DNA of 64,000 nucleotides, taken from positions 74,235-138,234 of the forward strand of contig CAWBQK010000002.1 of NCBI GenBank assembly GCA_963791045.1, read 5' to 3'. Positions 19,960 to 29,762 of this stretch are shown here, piece after piece; the stretch's first letter is position 1, and every line of letters begins with the position of its first letter. Below the pieces are notes generated by a model, which saw nothing but the letters and a program-made list of their open reading frames with translations, had not been told where the DNA came from and did no database searches. The DNA is from Candidatus Latescibacterota bacterium (GTDB taxonomy: Bacteria > Krumholzibacteriota > Krumholzibacteriia > WVZY01). The position numbers were made by a program, and so were the translations under genes.

Positions 19960-21497
19960 TTGAAAACGTTTTATGTGACAACTGCAATCGACTACGTGAA
20001 TGCGCGGCCGCATCTCGGCACCGCCTACGAAAAAATTGGTGCGGACTGTTTGGCACGGTACAAACGGCTCGCCGGTTTCGACACGTATTTTCTCATGGGT
20101 ACCGATGAGCACAGCACCAATGTGGAAAAAGAAGCGCGGCGTCTTGGTAAAGACACCGGAAGACTACTCGGCGGAAATGGCGGCGGAGTTCGAAAAGGTC
20201 TGGGAGAGTCTTCACATCTCTTACGATCAATTCATCCGGACCGATCTGCCCATTCATAAGCGCTCGGTATCGCGGCTATTTCAGATCATTCATGATAACG
20301 GATACATCTTTCAAGGGACGTACGAGGGCTACTACTGCGCGTCGTGCGAGGAGTTCGTTCAGGAGAAAGATCTTGCCGAGGGCGGGCTTTGCCCCCGTCA
20401 TCAAGAAAAGGCGCAGTGGCTCGAAGAGAAAAACTACTTTTTCGCACTCTCCAAGTTTAGCGACGCATTAAAGAAACATATCGAAGATCACCCCGAATTT
20501 ATTCAACCGGAGATCCGAAAGAACGAGATACTCAACGTCATCGAACAGGGGCTCGAGGACGTGAGTGTGTCGCGCGTGGGCAAGACGTGGGGTGTGCCGC
20601 TTCCGATTGCCGAAGGGCACGTGGTCTACGTCTGGTTCGACGCGTTGATCAATTATATCTCCGCGCTGGGTTATGGAGATGACGATACCGCAAGTTTGAC
20701 AAATACTGGCCGGCGGACTGCCATGTCATCGGCAAAGATATCACACGATTTCATTGTCTCATCTGGCCCGCCATGCTCATGGCGGCGAACGTGCCCATCC
20801 CGAAGAGCGTGTTTGCGCATGGCTTTGTCTATTCCAAGGGAACCAAGATGAGCAAGACGATCGGGAACATCCTCGATCCCGTCGAGGTGGCGGAGTTTTT
20901 TGGTGGAGCCGACCCGCTTCGTTATCTTCTGCTCCGTGAGATTGCGTTCGATCGTGACGGCGACTTCACGATCGAGCAGGCAGTGACGAGATATAACGCC
21001 GAGCTGGCCAACGAACTGGGCAATCTGTTTTCGCGTACGTTGTCGATGGTCAACCGTTACCGTGACGGCGCCGTTCCCGAATGGAGCGACGCGGCAAGCA
21101 CGGATTACGAACGGCTTGCGGGCAACGTTGTCGACGAGTACTGCTCGCACATGGACGCGCTCGAATTTGACGAGGCGCTCAATGCGTTTTGGAAAACGGT
21201 TCAGGCGGCGAACCGTTATGTCGAACAACAGAAACCGTGGCAGTTGGCGAAGACCGAAGACCCGATAGGCGCTGGACACCACTTTGCGGGTGCTCCTCGA
21301 GGTCTTCAGGCTGAGCTCGGTGCTGTGCATTCCGTTTATGCCCGGAGAGATCGTCTGGAATGCGCGAGCAGCTCGGGCTCGAAGCCGATATTGCGAAGCT
21401 CACGCTTGACGAAGCCCGCAACCCGGGCGATTCCGGCTGGAAGACCGCCGGCGCCCCGTCGCCGCTTTTCCCGAAGATCGAAGCCGAGACCGAATAA
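19960..21497 (+). CDS. metG: Methionine-tRNA ligase, short form without the C-terminal OB domain; several frameshifts
   Basis: FYVTTAIDYVN..PHLG, GTDEH, YVWFDALINY, IGKDI, KMSKT, LANELGNL; ends LFPKIEAETE. Confidence 0.93.
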
Positions 21498-21500
21498 CTA

Positions 21501-22262
21501 ATGATCGATTCGCATGTGCATCTCAATCTCCCCAATTATCGGGGCGACCTCGAAGAGGTTCTGGCAAACGCCAGGGAAGCGGGCGTGACCCGCATGGTCA
21601 ATATCGGCTTCGACCTTGGGTCGTCGCGCGAGACCGTGGCGCTCACCGAACGCTATCCCTTCATCCTCGGCGCCGTCGGGGTGCATCCCCACGATGCCAG
21701 GTCTTATAATGAGGGGGTCGAGAAAGAGCTCGCCGGCATGCTCTCCCGGCCCTCGATCATTGCCGTCGGCGAGATCGGCCTCGACTATTATAGAGACCTT
21801 TCGCCCCGGGATATCCAGCAGGAGGTTTTCCGACGGCAGATCGCCCTCGCCAGGGCCCACGAGATGCCGATCATCATCCACTGCCGGGACGCGGCCGAAG
21901 ACGTCCTCGAAATCCTCGCCGGGGAGGGTTCTCACTACAACGGGATTTTCCACGCGTTCTCGGGCGACGCGAAAATGGCCGAAGAAGTTTTGCGCCTTGG
22001 CTTTCACATTGGGGTGGGAGGTGTGGTAACCTTTAAGAACGCTCGTCTCCGCGAGGTGGTACCAGAGGTGCCGCTGGATTCGATAGTGCTCGAAACGGAC
22101 TGCCCCTATCTTGCACCCGTTCCGTTTCGAGGAAAACGAAACGAACCGGCGTATCTGACTTACGTCGCAGAGACGATCTCACAGGCGACCGGGCAACCGG
22201 TTGAAAAAATTGTTGAAGTAACCAACACAAATTTTGCGAGGGCGATGAAGCTCGCAGTTTAA
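21501..22262 (+). CDS. tatD: TatD family nuclease
   Basis: IDSHVH, GVHPH, GEIGLDY, HCRDA, ETDCPYLAP. Confidence 0.93.
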   Translation: MIDSHVHLNLPNYRGDLEEVLANAREAGVTRMVNIGFDLGSSRETVALTERYPFILGAVGVHPHDARSYNEGVEKELAGMLSRPSIIAVGEIGLDYYRDLSPRDIQQEVFRRQIALARAHEMPIIIHCRDAAEDVLEILAGEGSHYNGIFHAFSGDAKMAEEVLRLGFHIGVGGVVTFKNARLREVVPEVPLDSIVLETDCPYLAPVPFRGKRNEPAYLTYVAETISQATGQPVEKIVEVTNTNFARAMKLAV

Positions 22263-22285
22263 CGAGCGAGAGCACGGAGAAGATT

Positions 22286-22723
22286 ATGGGAGAAGGTTGC
22301 GATCATCTCGACGCAAGTCCAATCGGGAAATGCGCTATCTGTGGCAAGACAGTTTGCAGTGAATGCTACAGCACACTCTTCAATGAAATGATCTGTGATG
22401 AACACGACGGTCTCGAAGAAGAGTCCGCGTGGGAAGTCGTCGGGTACTATTCGGATGATTCCATCGCGGCGGACAAAAGGTTTTTGCTCGAAGACAATGG
22501 AATCAGTTCAATGGCCGTGGAGAGCGATGACGATTTAGTTGAAGTGTACATCCCCGCGGAAAAAAAAGAAGAAGCTTTCGTAGCTCTTCAGTCGGCGAAC
22601 GATGAAGCAAGATCATGCGGTGAATGTCAGGTTGAGTATTCGAGCACTATCGATTCTTGTCCCCTCTGCGGTGAGCGTTCACCCGATGCGGAGGAGCTCG
22701 ACTTGCAAGAGGAAGCGGAATAA
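22286..22723 (+). CDS. Acidic hypothetical protein with B-box-like and Zn-ribbon motifs
   Basis: CDH..CAICG..CSEC..CDEH at the N-terminus; CGEC..CPLC at the C-terminus. Confidence 0.65.
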   Translation: MGEGCDHLDASPIGKCAICGKTVCSECYSTLFNEMICDEHDGLEEESAWEVVGYYSDDSIAADKRFLLEDNGISSMAVESDDDLVEVYIPAEKKEEAFVALQSANDEARSCGECQVEYSSTIDSCPLCGERSPDAEELDLQEEAE

Positions 22724-22755
22724 GCCAGGGAAAGGTAGCCAAGAGGTAGAAGACT

Positions 22756-23652
22756 ATGCGAGTTCTTTTGACGGGCGGCACAGGTTATGTCGGGAGCCGG
22801 CTTCGTGAGTTTCTGCGTGACAATGGACACACGGTGCGGATGCTCGTTCGCGCGCAAAGCGCGGACAAGATGAAGTCGATCGAGGGCGACGATTCATTTG
22901 AGATCGTTTACGGAAACATTTTTGATACAAACACGTGTCATCACGCCGCCGAAGGTTGCGATGCCGTCGTTCATCTGGTTGGAATCATTCGCGAGGATCC
23001 ATCCAGTGGCATCACTTTCGAGGAACTCCATCGCGTCGCGACATCGAACATCATCGATGCGGCCACTCGTGCGGGTGTGGAACGAGTCGTCCATATGAGC
23101 GCGCTCGGCGCGAGTGATGACGCGGCGTCCGCGTATCACAGAACAAAACGCGCCGCCGAACTCATCGTCGAGAATTCGGGCATGCGTTGGACGATATTCA
23201 GACCGTCGTGGATCTTTGCCCCGGGTGATGAATTGACCAAAATGATAAAAGACGTTGTCGGCAAACCGGTGATCCCCTTGATCGGCGGAGGCAGCGCGCT
23301 GGTTCAACCGGTCGCGCTCGACGATGTATGCACATGTATGGCCCGCTCACTCGATATGCCCGAGACCCAGGGAATGATCTATGAACTTGGCGGACCCGAT
23401 CGTGTGACTTACAAAAAAGTGTTCGAACAGGCGGCGGCGGCGCTCGGCCGCAAGGCCAACACGATGTCCGTTCCCGTGTGGATGATCCGGCCGATGGTCG
23501 GCGCGCTCCAGCGATTCAAGTCGTTCCCGCTGACGGTCGATCAGCTCAAGATGCTTTCGGTGGATAATGTGTGCGAAATCGATCGATACGTCAAAGCGTT
23601 CGAGCTCGAACCCAAGTCGTTTTCGAGCGCGATCCCCGGGCTTTTTGCCTGA
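22756..23652 (+). CDS. NAD(P)-binding atypical SDR/epimerase (NDUFA9-like)
   Basis: TGGTGYVG, VVHLVGII, HMSALGA, YHRTK, FRPS. Confidence 0.88.
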   Translation: MRVLLTGGTGYVGSRLREFLRDNGHTVRMLVRAQSADKMKSIEGDDSFEIVYGNIFDTNTCHHAAEGCDAVVHLVGIIREDPSSGITFEELHRVATSNIIDAATRAGVERVVHMSALGASDDAASAYHRTKRAAELIVENSGMRWTIFRPSWIFAPGDELTKMIKDVVGKPVIPLIGGGSALVQPVALDDVCTCMARSLDMPETQGMIYELGGPDRVTYKKVFEQAAAALGRKANTMSVPVWMIRPMVGALQRFKSFPLTVDQLKMLSVDNVCEIDRYVKAFELEPKSFSSAIPGLFA

Positions 23653-23723
23653 GTGTGGGGAGCCGAAAGGTTCGCAGGAGCCTCTCTCGACTCTGTAGCC
23701 CGGCGCCTAAGGGCCCGGGCGGC

Positions 23724-23752
23724 TTGACGGGGCCACGCTGATAAGCTATAAT
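23724..23752 (+). promoter_or_regulatory. Sigma70 promoter for rsmA
   Basis: TTGACG-17nt-TATAAT. Confidence 0.7.
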
Positions 23753-23874
23753 ATCCGCAAGCATCCCCTGCTAGGAGGTTTCTTCCCTACCTTATTGCTA
23801 CCATTTTGGTACGTTTCTTTCTTAGATATCTGATACAATTCTGTATTTCTGTCGCACCATGATGGGGTAACCCA

Positions 23875-24720
23875 TTGAAAAAGAAAACGTTTCGTCCAAA
23901 GAAACGGTTTGGGCAAAATTTTTTGCACGACCCGGCGATCGCCAACAAGATCGTCGACGCCGCCGGATTGTCACCGGGTCAGCCGGTTATTGAGCTCGGG
24001 CCTGGTAAGGGCTTTCTTACCAAGCCATTAGCCCAGCGGGGCGTGCGTCTGATAGCGGTTGAGGTGGACGACGACCTCTATAATGAGCTCGGTGTCTACT
24101 TCAAGACCCTGGAGCCCCAACCGCGCGAGACCGTTGAACTCCTCCATGAGGATTTCACCGGACTGTCGATCACGGCCCTTCTCGCGGAGCGGGGGTTTGA
24201 CGGCTGTGTTCTTATGGGGAACATCCCGTACAACAAGACACGGGATGTGTTGTTTTCGTTTCTCGTCGACGAACACGAGATGATCGACTCGGCCTATTTG
24301 ATGGTCCAGCGTGAAGTCGGCGAGCGAATCGTATCACCCCCAGGGAGCCGCGTGTACGGGATCACTAGTGTGATTCTCCAGAGTCTTTACGCGGTGAGAT
24401 CGGTATTTCGTGTGGCGCCCGGATCGTTTGTCCCGAGACCGAAAGTCGGCTCGGTGGTGCTCGAGTTCAAACGGCTCGATGAACCGCTGGTCGGCGCGGA
24501 TGAAATCAAAACGTTTCTGGCGCTCGTGAAGAATCTTTTTCAACAACGGAGAAAGACGATTCACAACACGCTCAAGGCGTTTTATTCGCTTACCGAAGCC
24601 GAGCTCGATCGCATCCGTGTCGCGACAGGTATCGCCCTGGAAAAACGGCCCGAAGCGCTGGGCAAAGAAGAGTTCCTCGTGTTGTCGAGGGCCGTATCCG
24701 AGGTCACGAAGTCAGAGTAA
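23875..24720 (+). CDS. rsmA: 16S rRNA m6,2A1518/1519 dimethyltransferase
   Basis: KKRFGQNFL, ELGPGKG, GNIPYN, MVQREV, F.PRPKV.S. Confidence 0.95.
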   Translation: MKKKTFRPKKRFGQNFLHDPAIANKIVDAAGLSPGQPVIELGPGKGFLTKPLAQRGVRLIAVEVDDDLYNELGVYFKTLEPQPRETVELLHEDFTGLSITALLAERGFDGCVLMGNIPYNKTRDVLFSFLVDEHEMIDSAYLMVQREVGERIVSPPGSRVYGITSVILQSLYAVRSVFRVAPGSFVPRPKVGSVVLEFKRLDEPLVGADEIKTFLALVKNLFQQRRKTIHNTLKAFYSLTEAELDRIRVATGIALEKRPEALGKEEFLVLSRAVSEVTKSE

Positions 24721-24763
24721 TAGCAACGTTCACAAAATAGCACAAGGCGCGGCGGCACGAGTA

Positions 24764-26668
24764 GTGAAACGGTTAGTGTTGATAGTAACGATGATGAGCC
24801 TGTTCGGCGGTGTGCCGTTGGCGTTTGGCCAGTTGCCTGAGGCGCCGCCGGTGCCCGCGCAGGGCGACACGATTAGCGGAAATGTGCCCGGCACGGTTTC
24901 GGTTTTAAAATACACGGGTGGAATCAAGGGGAACGTCACGCGCATGTCTCTCGGTAACCGGCTCTCGGCATCGTTCGTGTTTCCAAGCGGACTCACATCG
25001 ATCACGACGCTCAGCGCCGACGAGTCGAATTACAGGTTGCAGGACAGGAAAGACACGAACAAGAGTTTTACGTCGAACCTGGTGTATCCGGCGATGCCGG
25101 GGTTGATCCTGGACGGGACGCTTTCGGACACGCGGTTTTTCAACCGCGTCATCACGTTCTCGAACGCCTCGCAGGATCTTTTGAACAACGTTCAACGGGC
25201 GCAGGGAAACGCCAATTACGCGCGGCCGCTTGGGTGGGGTGTCGCGTTCAACGCGAAAACCTCGCTGGCCACAGCGAAGAGCGAGCAAACGTACTACAAA
25301 GATGACACCAAGGAAGGATCCACCCGCTTCGGCCTCAAATATGTTCGCGGCAAATATCTCACCGCTTCGGCGAGAGGGTTTTACAGGAAATCCGCGCAGA
25401 GCGCGAATACCGGCTCACAACAGTTCAAGGGGCTCGGCGCCGAGGAGGACAGCGTTTTTGCACAGGTCCGTGTCGTGAAGGATAGCGCTAGTGTCGTTTT
25501 CAATTATGAGCGCTACCAAATCGAAGAGGATTACCTCGAACTGCCCCGCGGGTCGTTTGGTCAGCAGCAGTTCGATCAGGAAGTGACACCCGAGAACACG
25601 AAAAAACACGTACGGTCGGTGTCGATGGACGCGGAAATGAGGCCTATGCCCCGTGTCCAGATGAAGTTGAACGCGGTTAACTCGGTAGCGGGAACATACT
25701 ATCTCCGCGACAAAAGACGCGAGGGTAAAGATTTTGGGCAAACGTTTAAAGGGAGTGTTGGCTACACACCGTTTTCGAAATCCACTATCAGCGTCGATCT
25801 CGAATACAGGGACTTTCAACATTATCTTGGCCCCGAACGAACGGGTAGCTATGACGACATCAGAAAGAACATGAAGATGAGCTGGCAGCAGACTTTGACT
25901 CCGACGCTCAATTTTACGACGCAGGCGGGTGTGTCGCTCTCGCAGTCGTATTACTGGGACACCGATCGCGATCGCGACCAGCGTTATCAGTTTGCCAATG
26001 TCAGGATAACATCAAAACTTTTTCCAAAAATCGACGCGTCCGTATATTTGTCAGGAACAAAGACGGATTATGTAAATGTCCGTGCGAGCCTGTCGCAAAA
26101 CAACAGAACGGAGACGCGGCTGGAGCTCCGACCCGAGTTTACATACAAGATCAATGAGCGAATCGAGCTCACGCAGAAATACGGACTCAACATCGAGTTT
26201 TCGGATTTCGTTTTTCAGGAGAACGAAAACTATCTCGACAGGACGATTGTTTTTGCGAACACGCTTCGCACGCGGATAATGACGAACGTGACGGTTAATT
26301 TTTATTACGCGTATCAGCATCACACCAAGGGAAGCTATCTCCGCGAGAATCCCGACGAAGAACGGATTCTCGATATCAACCAGAAAGACCGGCGCGACGA
26401 GATGAGAGTCGGGTTTCGCTATCAGATGAATAAGCATCTAGCGTTGTTGGGGCTCAACGAGTACAGCCGGCGGACGAATCTGCTGTCGTCGACCGCGCGT
26501 CCCTTCGAAGACGGCGGAGTGGAGCTCGGTGTCGAAGGAAGTTACGATTTTGGCGCCCAGCGCGGGCTCAAAATATCGATGAGACGTGTCAAAAAGTTTG
26601 GGCGGTTCAACGCAGATGCCCAGAAAGATTTCTGGGAAATGGATTCGTCGATCAATTATACTTTCTAA
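24764..26668 (+). CDS. Putative outer-membrane beta-barrel protein of unknown function
   Basis: Signal peptide, alternating amphipathic beta strands, C-terminal SINYTF beta-signal. Confidence 0.6.
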   Translation: MKRLVLIVTMMSLFGGVPLAFGQLPEAPPVPAQGDTISGNVPGTVSVLKYTGGIKGNVTRMSLGNRLSASFVFPSGLTSITTLSADESNYRLQDRKDTNKSFTSNLVYPAMPGLILDGTLSDTRFFNRVITFSNASQDLLNNVQRAQGNANYARPLGWGVAFNAKTSLATAKSEQTYYKDDTKEGSTRFGLKYVRGKYLTASARGFYRKSAQSANTGSQQFKGLGAEEDSVFAQVRVVKDSASVVFNYERYQIEEDYLELPRGSFGQQQFDQEVTPENTKKHVRSVSMDAEMRPMPRVQMKLNAVNSVAGTYYLRDKRREGKDFGQTFKGSVGYTPFSKSTISVDLEYRDFQHYLGPERTGSYDDIRKNMKMSWQQTLTPTLNFTTQAGVSLSQSYYWDTDRDRDQRYQFANVRITSKLFPKIDASVYLSGTKTDYVNVRASLSQNNRTETRLELRPEFTYKINERIELTQKYGLNIEFSDFVFQENENYLDRTIVFANTLRTRIMTNVTVNFYYAYQHHTKGSYLRENPDEERILDINQKDRRDEMRVGFRYQMNKHLALLGLNEYSRRTNLLSSTARPFEDGGVELGVEGSYDFGAQRGLKISMRRVKKFGRFNADAQKDFWEMDSSINYTF

Positions 26669-26687
26669 GGGATTGAAGGGAGATTCG

Positions 26688-27278
26688 ATGAAGCGCGTAT
26701 TGCGCATAAGCAAGATCAACTGGCCGGGGCTCGTGGCGGCGCTACTGATCGTCACGACGGTGGGGTGCTCTATATTCGATCCGCGCGAGGCGGAAGAACC
26801 GGGAAGCTCAGGCACGCCATTTATTGCTCCCGACGTCCCGTCGCTCGTATTCTCGAATTTGAAGAGCGGCCTGGAGGATCTGACTGGCGTGAACTACGAG
26901 AAGAGCCTGGGCGATGAATTTACGTTCATCCCACTGCCCTCGGATGCGAGCCAGCTACCCGGCGCGTTCGATAATTGGACGAAATCGGTGGAAATGGAGG
27001 TCACGAACAAGATTCTGGCCGACGCCACTTTGCTTCTCGTTTCTTTTATTAACCCAGAGCAGATCCGCGACGAGGCTGATTTTGCGGATTTTCGGGCCCC
27101 ATATGAGCTGACGCTCACTTACAGCAGCGGTGACACTGAGGTGTTCAAGGGTGTCGCGCAGTTCGATATGCAGCGTCTTGGCGGAAATTGGCATCTTATT
27201 CGCTGGACGGATCAGGAGGGTATCGAAGGTTTTGCAACCTGGGGCTTTTTGAGGGGTACAACAAGAGGGAGCAACTGA
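26688..27278 (+). CDS. Hypothetical lipoprotein (paralog A)
   Basis: TVGC lipobox followed by SIFDPREAEEP; C-terminal WHLIRWTD. Confidence 0.7.
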   Translation: MKRVLRISKINWPGLVAALLIVTTVGCSIFDPREAEEPGSSGTPFIAPDVPSLVFSNLKSGLEDLTGVNYEKSLGDEFTFIPLPSDASQLPGAFDNWTKSVEMEVTNKILADATLLLVSFINPEQIRDEADFADFRAPYELTLTYSSGDTEVFKGVAQFDMQRLGGNWHLIRWTDQEGIEGFATWGFLRGTTRGSN

Positions 27279-27331
27279 TCAAAGTTCCTCAAATAAAGGG
27301 GCTTACACAAATACTGATAATGCGGACATTG

Positions 27332-27344
27332 TAACTCGTTGATA
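27332..27344. promoter_or_regulatory. IHF-like site
   Basis: TAACTCGTTGATA matches YAANNNNTTGATW in AT-rich DNA. Confidence 0.4.
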
Positions 27345-27370
27345 ATAAATAAAGTAGCGATGAGTTGCTC

Positions 27371-27399
27371 TTGACGTTGCCGGCTGAATGTGCTATTAT
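27371..27399 (+). promoter_or_regulatory. Sigma70 promoter for lipoprotein B
   Basis: TTGACG-17nt-TATTAT. Confidence 0.65.
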
Positions 27400-27446
27400 A
27401 TGTTCGCCTGCCGGTAATTTGATCAAGGGAAACAGAAAGGATAGGC

Positions 27447-28046
27447 ATGAAACGGTTATTTGCCGTTCTAGTGATCGGGATAAGCGTGTTGGCGTTCAAC
27501 TCGTGCATACTCGATCCCAAGGAAGCGCCCCCCGACAAGAATAAACCAACTGAGGCCTACAAGAATCTGGCCGAAGCGAGGGATAACGTCCTTTTCAATC
27601 TCGAGAAATCGTACAACGAGAGAAACATCAATCAGTACGACCAGCTTCTTGATGCCGGCTTTGTGTTTCACTTCTCGAATGCCGATATCAAGAACGGGGA
27701 CGTATCAGTCGCACAGTGGGGTCGCGCGGAGGACCTCACGACGGCGGGCAACATGTTCGACCCGAACTTCAGCAGACCGGGACAGGCGCCGGTAAGTAGC
27801 ATCGATCTGACGCTGACTTACGCGCCGGGCGAGGATACTTGGAACAAGATTACGCCCGAAGACCAGGTGAATTACCCGGACGAGTTCTGGTACGAAAAGA
27901 CTGTCCGTTATCGTCTGACCGTCGAGGCCGGAGACTTTACGTACGTCGGAGACAATCTCCAGGCGTCTTACGTCGTCCGTTGGGCGGAAGTAGATGGCGA
28001 GAGCTTCTGGCGCATCATCGCCTGGCGCGATGACACTGGGAACTAA
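27447..28046 (+). CDS. Hypothetical lipoprotein (paralog B)
   Basis: FNSC lipobox followed by ILDPKEAPPD; C-terminal WRIIAWRD. Confidence 0.7.
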   Translation: MKRLFAVLVIGISVLAFNSCILDPKEAPPDKNKPTEAYKNLAEARDNVLFNLEKSYNERNINQYDQLLDAGFVFHFSNADIKNGDVSVAQWGRAEDLTTAGNMFDPNFSRPGQAPVSSIDLTLTYAPGEDTWNKITPEDQVNYPDEFWYEKTVRYRLTVEAGDFTYVGDNLQASYVVRWAEVDGESFWRIIAWRDDTGN

Positions 28047-28072
28047 CCCCGCGCCGATTCGAATGACTTCAC

Positions 28073-28107
28073 AGCCCGGAAGGCCCCGCGTCTTCCGGGC
28101 TTTTTTT
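28073..28107 (+). terminator. Intrinsic terminator
   Basis: AGCCCGGAAG...CTTCCGGGCT followed by a T run. Confidence 0.85.
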
Positions 28108-28160
28108 CGTTCTCAAAGAGAGTGGCGGACGGTGCGGACTTTCTTCGGCCCTCGTTTCGA

Positions 28161-28422
28161 CCGGCACGGGTCCTGTCATCGGTCACCCCGCGCTTGCTCG
28201 CTTTTGCGAGCGTGGATTCACGGGGTATGGCGACCTCTGCGTGCGCTCGCGAACGCTCGACGTGCGCGGGGCCCCACCAATGCCACCCGTGCCTGCTCTT
28301 GAAGAGGACGGTGCGGTCTTTCGAAAGGCCCTTTCGCGGGAGCGAGCGAGGATCCACTGTCGGCGCAGCCGACAGTTAGCCGAGCGAAGCGGAGCGAGGG
28401 CCAGAGAAAGATCGCACCGTCC
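28161..28422 (-). repeat. Dispersed structured intergenic element (long copy)
   Basis: 41-bp (28315-55) and 26-bp (28377-402) blocks identical to the reverse complement of 59898-938 and 59859-884. Confidence 0.9.
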
Positions 28423-28437
28423 GTCCCGATGCGGTGC

Positions 28438-28467
28438 TTGACAGTGTGGGGTGGTCGTACATATAGT
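28438..28467 (+). promoter_or_regulatory. Sigma70 promoter
   Basis: TTGACA-18nt-TATAGT. Confidence 0.5.
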
Positions 28468-28520
28468 GCGAGGGTCAATCACCCGTGTCGCATCACGCAG
28501 CCGCCAAGTGTTCCCCGGTC

Positions 28521-29696
28521 ATGCCCAAAAAGAAAAAATCAACACGCAAAAAGGGTACACCCGTTCGTATCAAACTCCTCATCGGTGTCCTCGTCGCATT
28601 CGTTGTGGCCGGCGTCGTTCTTGTCAAGTATCTCCAAACGCCCGCGGGGCAGGTCTTTCTTCTCGACCAGGGGTTTGACGATTACTACGAGCAGGTCCAG
28701 CTGCGGATAGACATCGAGCTTCGCAAGGAACTCCGGCAGCTCGGTTTGCGCGAGTCCTTGAACGAATCGTCGCGGCGGGTCAGCCTCGACAAACGAGACG
28801 CCGTGCGGTGGGAGTGGAGCGCCACCTTCGACAGGCCGAGGAGTTTGATCCGGGTGAACATCGCGCTCAACGAAGCGGTACGTCGGGGTGCCGGTGTTGT
28901 TCGTTCGAGCAAAGAGAACAAGGCGGGGGACGGTCTTGTTCTTGAAGTGGGTAGCCGCAAATACACCACACATCGCCTGAGAATCCAGCAGCCCCGGCAG
29001 GCGGCAAAGGAAACGCCCGCCCCGAAGATCATCAAAAAACCCAGGATCGCCATCGTTATAGATGATTTCGGATACACACGGGACAAAGTGGCCCGCTCGC
29101 TCATCGAACTCGATCTGCCGATTACGCTTTCAATTATTCCAACACTGCCATATTCAGAGTATTGCCTCGAACGGGCGGCGGAGGTCAAAAAGCTCTCAAT
29201 TCTCCATCTCCCGATGGAGGCCGAGGCCTTCACCTCCGATGTCCAGGCGGTCCTCACCTCGATGCCCGATTCGGTGATCGATTCGCTGGTCACCTTTTAC
29301 GTGTCACGGATGCCGGGCGTTGCGGGTGCCAACAATCACCTCGGGTCCGTCGCGACACAGGATGAACGTGTGATGACCGCCGTCATAAATGTTCTTAAGC
29401 CGCGGGGGTTGTTCTATTTCGACTCTTTGACTTCGAGCAAATCGATCGCGTATAATACTGCCAGGAAGCTTGGAGTTCCAACCGCGCGAAACGACCTCTT
29501 TATAGATGCCGACACCGAGGAATCTGAAGTTGTTGAAGCGCGGCTGGAGCGTCTGATCGACATCGCCCACAAACGTGGCTACGCAATCGGTATCGGTCAC
29601 CCCAGGCGATGGACGCTTGAAGCGTTGGAGAGGGTTGCCGACAAGCTCGACGAATCGAATGTCGAGATGGTTTTTTTGTCCGAGTTGGTAGAATAG
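28521..29696 (+). CDS. Divergent polysaccharide deacetylase (YibQ-like), membrane anchored
   Basis: IAIVIDDFG, HLPME, NNHLGS, FDSLTS, RNDLFID, IGIGHP. Confidence 0.88.
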   Translation: MPKKKKSTRKKGTPVRIKLLIGVLVAFVVAGVVLVKYLQTPAGQVFLLDQGFDDYYEQVQLRIDIELRKELRQLGLRESLNESSRRVSLDKRDAVRWEWSATFDRPRSLIRVNIALNEAVRRGAGVVRSSKENKAGDGLVLEVGSRKYTTHRLRIQQPRQAAKETPAPKIIKKPRIAIVIDDFGYTRDKVARSLIELDLPITLSIIPTLPYSEYCLERAAEVKKLSILHLPMEAEAFTSDVQAVLTSMPDSVIDSLVTFYVSRMPGVAGANNHLGSVATQDERVMTAVINVLKPRGLFYFDSLTSSKSIAYNTARKLGVPTARNDLFIDADTEESEVVEARLERLIDIAHKRGYAIGIGHPRRWTLEALERVADKLDESNVEMVFLSELVE

Positions 29697-29762
29697 CTTC
29701 GTCGCGCGCGCGATGGATATCGGCCACGTGAGAGAATGACGTGACTGTATAAGGAGAAAAAA

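Noticed and set aside
28161-28422. CRISPR array or attC/integron cassette interpretation of the repeats
   Set aside because: Copies are dispersed and inverted rather than regularly spaced, and there is no cas or integrase gene
28043-28482. ORFs sharing the peptide VFRKALSRERARI with ORF 59809-60309
   Set aside because: The similarity is just translation of the DNA repeat; starts and frames are not conserved
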